Shown here: positions 10,063 to 18,052 of the stretch, piece by piece
How positions within the stretch are numbered: position 1 is the first letter of the stretch
How the letters are laid out: each line of letters starts with the position of its first letter
Sequence record: DRR378314_1836
Reading direction: 5' to 3' (one strand)
DNA: 37,382 nt
Program-made: the position numbers and the translations under genes
Notes under the pieces: model-generated
Told to the model about the DNA's origin: nothing
The model's input: only the letters and a program-made list of their open reading frames with translations
Databases searched by the model: none

Positions 10063-10100
10063 TGCTACATGGGTTGTACCAATAGTACAACCCATGTGCA
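10063..10100. other. Strong intergenic stem-loop between GH20 gene and sigma gene
   Basis: ACATGGGTTGTAC (10067-10079), loop CAATA, GTACAACCCATGT (10085-10097): 13 bp perfect, extendable by 3 bp past a bulge; no U-tract on the minus strand. Confidence 0.8.
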
Positions 10101-10110
10101 GTTTGCTTAG

Positions 10111-12855
10111 CTAGTTAATTGTTGCGACGCGGCTTACTTTGCCAGAATCACTTACCGTTCTCAGCAGTACACTTGCTGTTGTCGTAAGTGATACGGGATC
10201 TTGATAGCTTTGCCATGTTGCACCTTGATCTGTTGAATACTCTGTTTTCATGCCAACAAATCGTGTATTCACTATGAGCTGGCCGTTTTCAATATTGCCA
10301 CCGGGTAGAGGTATACGGTAATTAACGCCAACGTGTTCTGGCATTTGAGCATTAATATCGACCACTTGGTAATAGTCCAATAGTGGTAGAGCGTACTGTC
10401 CTAAGGTATTGGTGAAGGTTTGCCAAGCTTGTTCCATAGCAGCTCCTTCGGCTGGCATGCTCTGCACCCACGCACGCTCTGCTGCCCCTAATAACTTAGG
10501 GAAGGTCATGTAATCTAAAATTTCGGGGGATTTTTGATTTTCACCAAATAACTGTGCCTGAATCCCTTGGATATTTTGTTTACCGGTTTCATTAAGTAAT
10601 ACCCAGTTTGGGTTCCAAGGCACAGGATTGCCTAGTTTGTCAGTTTCAGCGTTGGCGTAAATATTAAACGGGCGATACTCAAAGGTTTTTTTCGTGTCGG
10701 TGTAGCCCGCCCAATGATAGCCAACTTCATCAGGGTGTTTATTGTAAGCTAAATCCAAATACAGGTTTGTGGCATGAGAGAGCACGACTTGATACCCCTG
10801 ATTAGCAAACTTATAAGCTTGATGCTCATTGCCCCAACCCCATACATTGTTCCAAAAAATAGGGTAGATGGTGCCATAATCTACGTTGCCGGTGCCATTA
10901 TGTGATAACACATCGCCCCAAGTTGCCATATCAAAACCATGTTGATTGACGATTTGTTTCCAGCGTAAGAAAAAGTAATCAAACAATTCAGCATCGGTTT
11001 TGCCCGCTGTGTTTGGGTTTTGCTGTACCGCAGGGGATTGAGCCCACCATTCATTTGGCCCTAAATGCGGCAATTCATCACCACCGCCATGTAAACGAGT
11101 AAGCTTAGCATCTGGGACTGCATCGTAGATTGCGCGGGTTTCACTGATTATATGGTTTAAAAATGTGAAGGTGCTCTCAAGCGCAGGATTGACAAAGTTA
11201 TCAGTATAAAATTGCGGTGTGTAGTACTTGGATTGATCTAGCGGATCGATCAGGCGATATTTGTTTGCTTGTGCTAAGTTGCTGTCTTTATATTTATTAT
11301 AACGATACTCCATTGCTTTAATGGCGGCTCTAGCATGGGCAGGGAAATCATATTCGATGATCACATCTATATGTCGGTCGGCGGCATACTGTAAAATCTC
11401 TTTGAAGTCATTAACAGTGTAGTAGCCCCAACCTTTGCCTAAGAAGTTTTGCTGCGCAACTTCAAAACCTTGAAAGCTAGGAGCAACGCCTAAGTTAGCC
11501 TCGGTGCGATTAGCTGGTTTATTTTCGATACCATCACCGGCTGCAAATTCATTGGCTGCGCCCATAAACGTATGTAGCATGTTTTCTTCGTTAAGATCAT
11601 AACCACGCTTGGCACCAAAGTCGGTGAGTTCAGGAATACCTGGGATCTCAAGTCGCCAGCCTTCGTCATTGGCAAGGTTAATTTCGAATTTATTTAATTT
11701 ATAAAAAGCCATTAAATCTAGTAGCTTGAATACTGTTTCTTTAGATTGAAAATTGCGTGCTACATCCAGCATCATGCCGCGATAGGCAAAGCGCGGCGCA
11801 TCAAGAATAACACTTGCAGGTAATACGGTGTTGTCGGCCAAGGTTGTAGAGTTTTGCGCATTTTTATATACAGTTGCAGGGATCATTTGGCGTAATGTTT
11901 GAATACCATAAAACACGCCTTGTGCATCACTGCCAGTAATTTTAATACCCGTAAAAGCATTAATCTCCAGTTTATAACCACTGTCGTCGGCTTGGCCGTC
12001 TTGATTTGTGTCTAGGTTGCTATCAATCAATAGAGTGATTTGATTAGGACCATTTTGTTGGTTGGCATTAATTGCAAAGCTGCCGCTGAGCAAATCGCTT
12101 AACGCCGTTTGCAAATAAGCCGCTTCTATTGTAAGCGCTGCTGGCGCAGTAATTGTGGTTAACTGACTCATTAAGGTTAAAAACTCATTAGCAGTGGTTA
12201 CGACTGAATGTGGCTGAGGGACAAGTTGGTTTTGTAACGATAAACTGGCAAGCGGCGCACTGTTTTCGCTAAATCGTAATGCGCTGGTTTGCACCGGCAT
12301 ATTATCGTTAGCTGTTTGTGTGGTTTGTTTTGGATCGGTTGGATCCATATGAACATCCACCAATACCGCCTGAGGTGCTTGGTTATCATAGCTAATATGA
12401 AACCCAGAAGGCGAATCATTTTTTAGCATTTGCCAATACTGGGCGATAATTTCTATTTCACGAGACTCACCTGGTTGAATAGGCGTAAATCCTGCTATGG
12501 GTTTTAAGACAAAATAATCCCCGCTTTTTGCTGTGTCTGCATTGTCGAGACTTAAATGTTGTGCCGCAATATGCTGGCGAGCTAATGCACCGTTTGGATC
12601 TGAACTTGGCAATACGCTAGCTGGTGGCCGCACTGAGCTAAAGTATAACGCCCAGCCAGCTTCACCGAGCGGTTCTAAACCATTGTTAGTAATGGTTAAG
12701 CTACCCATAAATATATTTTCACCAATACCATGATCAATCACTTGCCAATTTAATGCTAAGTTATCTGGGTTCGGTTGGGCGCTGCTAAATTGACTCGCAG
12801 TGAGTAATGCTAATACTGAAAGTGCTGTAGTAAATTTTTGCTTTTTAACAAACAT
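10111..12855 (-). CDS. GH20 beta-N-acetylhexosaminidase, chitobiase-type architecture (CHB_HEX N-domain, GH20b, catalytic barrel, C-terminal Ig)
   Basis: Signal peptide; DAPRFAYRGMMLDVARNF, DEGWRLEIPGIPELT, catalytic HGGGDE, LYLD, AERAW, NYRIPLPG, YSTDQG. Confidence 0.93.
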   Translation of the reverse strand: MFVKKQKFTTALSVLALLTASQFSSAQPNPDNLALNWQVIDHGIGENIFMGSLTITNNGLEPLGEAGWALYFSSVRPPASVLPSSDPNGALARQHIAAQHLSLDNADTAKSGDYFVLKPIAGFTPIQPGESREIEIIAQYWQMLKNDSPSGFHISYDNQAPQAVLVDVHMDPTDPKQTTQTANDNMPVQTSALRFSENSAPLASLSLQNQLVPQPHSVVTTANEFLTLMSQLTTITAPAALTIEAAYLQTALSDLLSGSFAINANQQNGPNQITLLIDSNLDTNQDGQADDSGYKLEINAFTGIKITGSDAQGVFYGIQTLRQMIPATVYKNAQNSTTLADNTVLPASVILDAPRFAYRGMMLDVARNFQSKETVFKLLDLMAFYKLNKFEINLANDEGWRLEIPGIPELTDFGAKRGYDLNEENMLHTFMGAANEFAAGDGIENKPANRTEANLGVAPSFQGFEVAQQNFLGKGWGYYTVNDFKEILQYAADRHIDVIIEYDFPAHARAAIKAMEYRYNKYKDSNLAQANKYRLIDPLDQSKYYTPQFYTDNFVNPALESTFTFLNHIISETRAIYDAVPDAKLTRLHGGGDELPHLGPNEWWAQSPAVQQNPNTAGKTDAELFDYFFLRWKQIVNQHGFDMATWGDVLSHNGTGNVDYGTIYPIFWNNVWGWGNEHQAYKFANQGYQVVLSHATNLYLDLAYNKHPDEVGYHWAGYTDTKKTFEYRPFNIYANAETDKLGNPVPWNPNWVLLNETGKQNIQGIQAQLFGENQKSPEILDYMTFPKLLGAAERAWVQSMPAEGAAMEQAWQTFTNTLGQYALPLLDYYQVVDINAQMPEHVGVNYRIPLPGGNIENGQLIVNTRFVGMKTEYSTDQGATWQSYQDPVSLTTTASVLLRTVSDSGKVSRVATIN

Positions 12856-12914
12856 AATGGCTCCTGAGCATTGTTATTATCTGTAGAGCGCTTACTGCAA
12901 GTTGACTCTAAGGT

Positions 12915-12944
12915 TATAAACGCTTTTAGGAGGCCGTTTGGGAA
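12915..12944 (-). promoter_or_regulatory. Candidate ECF-sigma promoter TTCCCAAAC-N13-CGTTTATA, copy 1
   Basis: Plus strand TATAAACG 12915-12922, 13 nt, GTTTGGGAA 12936-12944; same boxes and spacing at 18002-18031. Confidence 0.75.
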
Positions 12945-12982
12945 CGAAAAACTAAAAAAAGCGCTAAATACGTATTTAGTAT

Positions 12983-13043
12983 TAGGGCGTGTCGACCTTT
13001 CAGAATTAAAATTTGTTCTATCTCGAAAGATAAACACGCCCAA
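12983..13043. repeat. Short MITE-like element with 19-bp imperfect terminal inverted repeats
   Basis: TAGGGCGTGTCGACCTTTC (12983-13001), 23 nt, GAAAGATAAACACGCCCAA (13025-13043); 15/19 complementary; resembles 37323-37341. Confidence 0.7.
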
Positions 13044-13058
13044 GAACTTTAGGCGGTT

Positions 13059-15344
13059 TTAGTACACGGCAATTTCATCAATATAAAGTGGTAGCTTTGG
13101 GATTTGCGGGTCATCAGATTGCTTACTATTGACCGCAATAACTTTTAAATAGCGCAGCTCCACACCATTAAATACCAGAGTCGATAATGGCCCTTGCGGG
13201 TTAATGTCCTCGGCTAAGCGCTGCCAATTTTGTTGATCGTTCGAGCCCATGACTTGAATTTTTATGGGAGGATGGAGTTGACGGTGGCGTCCACTGTTGT
13301 AACCCAGTTTAACTTGGGTCACCAAAGTAGGCTCTGCCAAGTCGATTATCGCCTCTAAATCAGTGTCGTAAAAAATCGCATAATCGTCACTGCTGTAAAA
13401 TTGATCATAGGCAAACTGGCCATCTTGCAATTTGGCTGCAGAATCATCGGCAGCTGTATTACTAAGCGTAATTTTTTTAGTTAATGCCAAATGTGGACTG
13501 AGGGTAAGGCGGGCATCACCAACTAACTGCCCAATTGCACCTGCATAGCTTTTTGCACGCAGTTGCGTTTCTTTAGAAATGACTAACGGCTCACTGTAGA
13601 TCATTGATGAAAGTGTTGGCTCTGTGCCATCTAAGGTGTAATAAATGCGTGTGTTGGCAATCTCGGTGCTGATCTTAGCCTGTAAATTATTACCTATAAT
13701 TGTGCTGCTTATAATCGGCTTATAGGCGCTGCTAGCCGTATTGATATGCATCTGTTGGTAACGTTTAAATAATGCTGGTAAGCGGTTTTGGCTATAGTCA
13801 GACCAAGATTTATTGTGTTTGTTAGACCACAATGTTTCAGCTAATGCACTTAAGCGAGGAAAGAGCATATACTCGGCGTGACGAGGGGTTTTAATGTACT
13901 CAGTCCATAAAGCGCCTTGTGCGCCAATAATGTAAGCTTGTTGATCGGCGCTTAAGTCAGTAGGTTGAGGATCGTACTGGTATACATCTTTTAATCCCGT
14001 TAAGCCATGAATTGCTTTAGGTTCGTCTAGATTGCGTGATTGATAAGCATCAAAATAAATATATTGATACGGGCTCATGATCACTTGATGGCCCATTTTC
14101 GCCGCTTGAATGCCGCCTTCTGTGCCACGCCATGACATGATCAAGGCATCATCTGCAACGCCTCCTTCGAGTATTTCATCCCAGCCAATTACCTTTTTAT
14201 CAAGTGCTTGCACTATTTTTGCTACCCGTTTAATAAAGTAGCTTTGTACTTGCTCGGGGGTTGTAAGGTTATGCTGCTGCATTAATTTTTTCACCTGTGT
14301 ACTTGCCAGCCACTGCTTTTTAATCACTTCATCGCCGCCGATGTGTATATACTGGCTTGGGAATAACTCAGCTACCTCTTGATAAACCACCGCGAGAAAT
14401 TCAAATACATCTTCACGCGGGCATAGCACATCTTCAAAAATGCCAAATTGTGCTTGTACACTAACGGGTTGCTGATGACATGAAAGTTCAGGGTAAGCGG
14501 CAAGGATTGCAGTGCTATGGCCTGGAATATCAATCTCAGGAATGACTTCAATATGACGTGCTTTGGCATATTCAATCACTTCTTTAATTTGTGCTTTAGT
14601 GTAAAAACCCGATACCGGTTGGTTATCAAACAGTGGTTTATAATCATAAGTATGACCTACCACAGTATGCGGGCGAGTAGCACCAATGGAGGTAAGTTTT
14701 GGATAGGCATCAATTGCAAGACGCCAGCCTTGGTCGTCGGTTAAATGCCATTGAAAGACATTTAACTTATGCATAGCGAGCCAATCTATGTAACGTTTAA
14801 TAAAGGCTACATCAAAGAAGTGTCGACTCACATCTAAATGCATTCCACGATAACTAAAGCGTGGCTCATCGTTAATCTCAACTAGTGGGATAAGCCAGCT
14901 TTGGCGATTAATTGGCATGCGTGACTCTATGGCTTCGGGCAATAACTGGCGCAAAGACTGCATCGCCCAAAATAGACCTTGTACAGTATTTGCTTTGGCT
15001 TCAATAAATTCTTTTTTAACAATTAATTGATAGCCTTCAGCGCTAACTGGGTGCTCGACAAGTTTAAAAAACACACTATTTTTAACTGTGTTATTCGCTT
15101 GTGTTACGGGGAATTGGTAGCCAGTTGGTGGGCGTAAAAAATCAGCAAAATGCTGTGCAACAGCTGCTGCGTCACTATGGTTATAGTGAATTTCAGTATC
15201 GTAAGCCAAAGCAAAACTGCCTTGGCTATAGTGACTGCTGGTTGGTTTTGGAGTGATCTGTGCAAGTGCAAAGTAGGGACTAACAAGCAGTAGCAGTGCT
15301 AGTAGACTGCATTTTAGGCATATAGCAATATAGCGTTGAGGCAT
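13059..15344 (-). CDS. GH20 beta-N-acetylhexosaminidase with C-terminal Fn3-associated/CHB_HEX_C and F5/8-type-C (CBM32-like) domains
   Basis: ATG15344 after CAGGAAG; signal peptide; DEPRFSYRGMHLDVSRHF, WHLTDDQGWR, PEIDIPGH, HIGGDE, GWDEI, YFDAY, LWTEY; YYTLDGTEPT; LQDG..IIDL..RYLKV..IDEIAV. Confidence 0.95.
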   Translation of the reverse strand: MPQRYIAICLKCSLLALLLLVSPYFALAQITPKPTSSHYSQGSFALAYDTEIHYNHSDAAAVAQHFADFLRPPTGYQFPVTQANNTVKNSVFFKLVEHPVSAEGYQLIVKKEFIEAKANTVQGLFWAMQSLRQLLPEAIESRMPINRQSWLIPLVEINDEPRFSYRGMHLDVSRHFFDVAFIKRYIDWLAMHKLNVFQWHLTDDQGWRLAIDAYPKLTSIGATRPHTVVGHTYDYKPLFDNQPVSGFYTKAQIKEVIEYAKARHIEVIPEIDIPGHSTAILAAYPELSCHQQPVSVQAQFGIFEDVLCPREDVFEFLAVVYQEVAELFPSQYIHIGGDEVIKKQWLASTQVKKLMQQHNLTTPEQVQSYFIKRVAKIVQALDKKVIGWDEILEGGVADDALIMSWRGTEGGIQAAKMGHQVIMSPYQYIYFDAYQSRNLDEPKAIHGLTGLKDVYQYDPQPTDLSADQQAYIIGAQGALWTEYIKTPRHAEYMLFPRLSALAETLWSNKHNKSWSDYSQNRLPALFKRYQQMHINTASSAYKPIISSTIIGNNLQAKISTEIANTRIYYTLDGTEPTLSSMIYSEPLVISKETQLRAKSYAGAIGQLVGDARLTLSPHLALTKKITLSNTAADDSAAKLQDGQFAYDQFYSSDDYAIFYDTDLEAIIDLAEPTLVTQVKLGYNSGRHRQLHPPIKIQVMGSNDQQNWQRLAEDINPQGPLSTLVFNGVELRYLKVIAVNSKQSDDPQIPKLPLYIDEIAVY

Positions 15345-15358
15345 TGTAACTTCCTGAG

Positions 15359-15380
15359 AAAAGCCCGCAATAGCGGGCTT
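15359..15380 (-). terminator. Weak intrinsic terminator/attenuating hairpin between TonB receptor and first GH20 gene
   Basis: Minus strand AAGCCCGC-TATT-GCGGGCTT then TTCTC; only four U residues. Confidence 0.6.
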
Positions 15381-15427
15381 GATTAAACTAATTAGCACTG
15401 GGCATAGCGCAAATTAGCAAGGGGGCT

Positions 15428-17944
15428 TTAAAAATTAAGGGTCAAAGATGCGCTGATAGTGCGCCCTAAAATAGGTCTGGCGTAGTAATAGTCATAGCCT
15501 GCCTGTACATCGTTAATTGCTCGTGGATTCCCTTCGGTTAAGCCAAGTTCATCACTGAGATTAGTGGCTTTAACATGCAAGGCAACGCTGTCATTAAAGC
15601 GATAATTGACACCCATATCGACGGTAGTATAAGCCGGTAGCTCAAATTTATTTTCGCCGTCGGAGTATCGCTCACCTAGATGATGAACCGTTAAGTACAC
15701 ATCGCCATCGTCAAAGTAATAAGTGGGAGTAAAGCGTAATTGTACTTTGGGAGTACGTTTAACTTGTTTGCCATTCCAGTGTGAGAAAACACCAGTAAAA
15801 CCTTCCATCTTCGGGTTTTGTACCACACCAGTTAATTCCAGTTGTAATGAATCGAGTGCTTGCCAAACAGCCTCAAACTCTACCCCATCAGTAATAGTAT
15901 CAATCGTTTGGTTGGCGACTTCACCGTTGCTACCAGTAAAGTTACGCTCTACTAAGTCATTAAATTTGGTTCTAAATAACGTGACTGAGGTGCCTAGGGT
16001 GTCGCCTGAATAACGAGCGCCAAGTTCGCTAAAGGTAAGATTTACACTGTCATTAAAGTCAGCATCAACACCGGCATGAATGTTTTGCCCGTAGCTCATT
16101 AAACGCGGCATTTCGAACGCATCGGCGTAGCGGCCAAACATGGAAACATCGTCACCAATGGTGTAATTAAAGCCCACTGTCCATGCAGTTTCTGTTTCAT
16201 CACGTTTTTTGGATAAGTATTTTGTTGAGGTGGTATCAACGTAGTTATTAGCGAGGTTGTTATCTACATCATTGCCACTTGCATCAAACGCGCCATCAAC
16301 AGGTTTGGCAAACTCAGTGCCAGATGCCGTGCTATCAAGTTCTAGCCATTCAACGCGAATACCACCATCCAGACGTAAGTTATCAGTTGCTTGATATTGC
16401 TCATTAATAAATAGTGAGTTCGAGGTACTAGTACCAAATGCTGTCGCTTGACCCCAGCCAGGTGCATAGCCGGTTGAGCCGTTGTCGGTGAGCTGACCAA
16501 CCACTTGCTGGTTATCATCTACGGCAACAATATCAAGTAATCGAGCATTGTCTTTAACTTCGGTTAAAAATTGCGATTCCCATTTATCAACAGGCAGTGA
16601 ATCGGCATCGACATAAGCAAACAACCACCCCATAGTGAAAGTGTGTTTATCGCCTTCGTAGGTAAAATTAAGCTTATTAACGAATTGCTCGGCATCGTAA
16701 CGAGAATACAGCGGGTAGCTGGTGGTAACTAAGCCATTGCCATTTAGGTTACTTACATCATTAAGCATTTCGCCGCTATCTACATAACGATATTGGGCTG
16801 CTACAGCGCCATCATCCGCAAACTCATCAAGCATTGCCAGTACATCTTGTTGGCCAAGTCGGTCATTGGCATTGACTAAGGTTGAGTTGTCAAAGTTAAG
16901 CAATATATACATATCGTTTTCAAACTTAGAGTAACGGCCTGCTGTATTAAGTAACCAGCGATCATTGAGCTCCCAATCAAGGTTGTAGCCTAAGGTACTA
17001 AATTTAGTGTGTTGGCCGTCTTTAAGATCGCGTGTTTGGTAACTGCCATCTTCTTGCAAATAGTTAAGTAAGCGCTGACCATTCCCAATTAATGTGCCGT
17101 GTTGCGGATCAACCCCGGGAATGCCTTTTGGATTGTTTTGATCTTGCAGCGGAATTGGCACAAAGAAAGTGGTGTGATCATTTAAATGTTTAGCCGAGAG
17201 GGTTAGTTGTCCTTTATCAAACTCGCGTACTAGATTAAGCCTAAGCTGGCCACCGTGGTCGGCAGTAAATTCGGTGTCTCTGACTCCGTCTGAACGACGA
17301 TAAAAACCACCCATAGACATTTTCCAATTATCACTGATAGGCGTGCCGTAAAAAAACTCACTACGGTACATGCCATAATCGGCAGTTGTGAACTTTATAG
17401 TGGCTTCTTCAACATCATCGGGTTTGCGAGTAATAAAGTTAACGAGTGCCGCAGGGCCGTTAGTAGTCAGTAAACCTGACGTACCACCGCGAACGGCTTC
17501 CATATGTTTGATGGTAATATCTTGACGTTGATAAAAATCTACCCATACGCCGTCGTATACAACTGGCAAGCCGTCTTCTTCAACGCCGATATAACGAAAT
17601 CCTTCACCACCTCTAAGACCACGTGGCGCTACATTGTTATTGGTTTCACCACCTGAGTCTTCAACCCAAAAACCTGGCACTGCTTCAAGTAAATCAGCAG
17701 TACCTAGCGGGGCTTCACGGGAGAGTTGCTCAGCATCTAAGGTGGTGATTGAAACTGATGATTCTAATTTTGTTTGTCCACGCCCGCCACTACCTGTGAC
17801 AACGATGCGTTCAAGATCGAGAAGTTTTTTTTGCTCGGTATTAGAGGCAGAGCTTTGTTCTGCTGCAATAGTATTAATACTGAATAATGCACTGCTTACA
17901 GCTAATGCTATGAGGTGTTTATTGTAAGTTCTGTTGTTGTTCAT
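15428..17944 (-). CDS. TonB-dependent receptor without signalling extension, likely GlcNAc-oligosaccharide transporter
   Basis: Signal peptide; TonB box ERIVVTG close to mature N-terminus; MEAVRGGTSG; LGLTEGNPR..ARPILGRT..F C-terminus; upstream of two GH20 genes (substrate is inference). Confidence 0.93.
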   Translation of the reverse strand: MNNNRTYNKHLIALAVSSALFSINTIAAEQSSASNTEQKKLLDLERIVVTGSGGRGQTKLESSVSITTLDAEQLSREAPLGTADLLEAVPGFWVEDSGGETNNNVAPRGLRGGEGFRYIGVEEDGLPVVYDGVWVDFYQRQDITIKHMEAVRGGTSGLLTTNGPAALVNFITRKPDDVEEATIKFTTADYGMYRSEFFYGTPISDNWKMSMGGFYRRSDGVRDTEFTADHGGQLRLNLVREFDKGQLTLSAKHLNDHTTFFVPIPLQDQNNPKGIPGVDPQHGTLIGNGQRLLNYLQEDGSYQTRDLKDGQHTKFSTLGYNLDWELNDRWLLNTAGRYSKFENDMYILLNFDNSTLVNANDRLGQQDVLAMLDEFADDGAVAAQYRYVDSGEMLNDVSNLNGNGLVTTSYPLYSRYDAEQFVNKLNFTYEGDKHTFTMGWLFAYVDADSLPVDKWESQFLTEVKDNARLLDIVAVDDNQQVVGQLTDNGSTGYAPGWGQATAFGTSTSNSLFINEQYQATDNLRLDGGIRVEWLELDSTASGTEFAKPVDGAFDASGNDVDNNLANNYVDTTSTKYLSKKRDETETAWTVGFNYTIGDDVSMFGRYADAFEMPRLMSYGQNIHAGVDADFNDSVNLTFSELGARYSGDTLGTSVTLFRTKFNDLVERNFTGSNGEVANQTIDTITDGVEFEAVWQALDSLQLELTGVVQNPKMEGFTGVFSHWNGKQVKRTPKVQLRFTPTYYFDDGDVYLTVHHLGERYSDGENKFELPAYTTVDMGVNYRFNDSVALHVKATNLSDELGLTEGNPRAINDVQAGYDYYYARPILGRTISASLTLNF

Positions 17945-18001
17945 CTTATTCCCTTCGTTGTTGTTATAGACAAAGCTGACGGATTATTGGCTTTGTAAAT
18001 C

Positions 18002-18031
18002 TATAAACGAACGAAGGGGGAGGTTTGGGAA
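18002..18031 (-). promoter_or_regulatory. Candidate ECF-sigma promoter TTCCCAAAC-N13-CGTTTATA, copy 2
   Basis: Plus strand TATAAACG 18002-18009, 13 nt, GTTTGGGAA 18023-18031; 58 nt upstream of the receptor ATG (copy 1 is 60 nt upstream of its ATG). Confidence 0.75.
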
Positions 18032-18052
18032 TCGTTTCTTATAAAAAATTAT

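Noticed and set aside
12863-12881. Fur box upstream of the GH20-sigma unit (GATAATAACAAT)
   Set aside because: Only the first half resembles GATAATGATAATCATTATC; better explained as an AAN tract
12810-13062. Small ORFs 12810-13043(-) and 12871-13062(+)
   Set aside because: They span the promoter motif, palindrome and MITE-like repeat and have no recognisable protein features
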